Origin: Candidatus Eiseniibacteriota bacterium
Lineage (GTDB): Bacteria; Eisenbacteria; RBG-16-71-46; JABDJR01; JAWXBZ01
Direction: 5' to 3'
Assembly: GCA_034440375.1 (NCBI GenBank)
Contig: JAWXBZ010000093.1
Span: forward strand, 1 to 19,456
DNA: 19,456 nucleotides
The position numbers were made by a program, and so were the translations under genes. This document shows, piece after piece, positions 19,414 to 19,456 of the stretch. Every line of letters starts with the position of its first letter. Positions within the stretch are counted from its first letter, which is position 1. The notes under the pieces are model-generated. The model made no database searches, was not told the origin of the DNA, and worked only from the letters and a program-made list of their open reading frames with translations.

Positions 19414-19456
19414 TCCGTGGATCAGCCTGCGGCAGATGCTCGATCATGCGGAAGAA
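19400..19456 (+). CDS. Probable DUF86/HepT-like HEPN toxin, 5' fragment (runs off the window)
   Basis: ATG 19400 reads MSRRDPWISLRQMLDHAEE, resembling DUF86 N-termini; GGAGG upstream; 14-nt overlap with MNT. Only 19 codons are visible. Confidence 0.65.
   Translation, partial: MSRRDPWISLRQMLDHAEE

Overview
GC-rich bacterial chromosomal segment with 21 genes, all on the + strand and mostly abutting or overlapping. It starts with a Kdo biosynthesis block (kdsB-pyrG-kdsA-kdsC-kdsD). A short AT-rich promoter region follows, then a single ORF fusing a lipid A late-acyltransferase (LpxL/HtrB family) to LptC, then lptB (no lptA in between), rpoN, hpf and hprK. Next is a complete mannose-family PTS (IIA, IIB, IIC, IID, HPr, EI) interrupted by a GH57 4-alpha-glucanotransferase, followed by a bifunctional PGI/PMI, a sugar-phosphate nucleotidyltransferase and the start of an MNT-HEPN toxin-antitoxin pair. 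The gene order resembles FCB-group/Gemmatimonadota-like diderms (inference only). Most notable points: the acyltransferase-LptC fusion with an internal lipobox-like motif and missing lptA; kdsA lacking any canonical start codon upstream of its conserved N-terminal motif (likely CTG overlapping the pyrG stop); a sigma54 -24/-12 site abutting a sigma70-like promoter upstream of the rpoN unit; and an MNT antitoxin with a broken DxD motif. All calls are from motif recognition by eye, with no database search.
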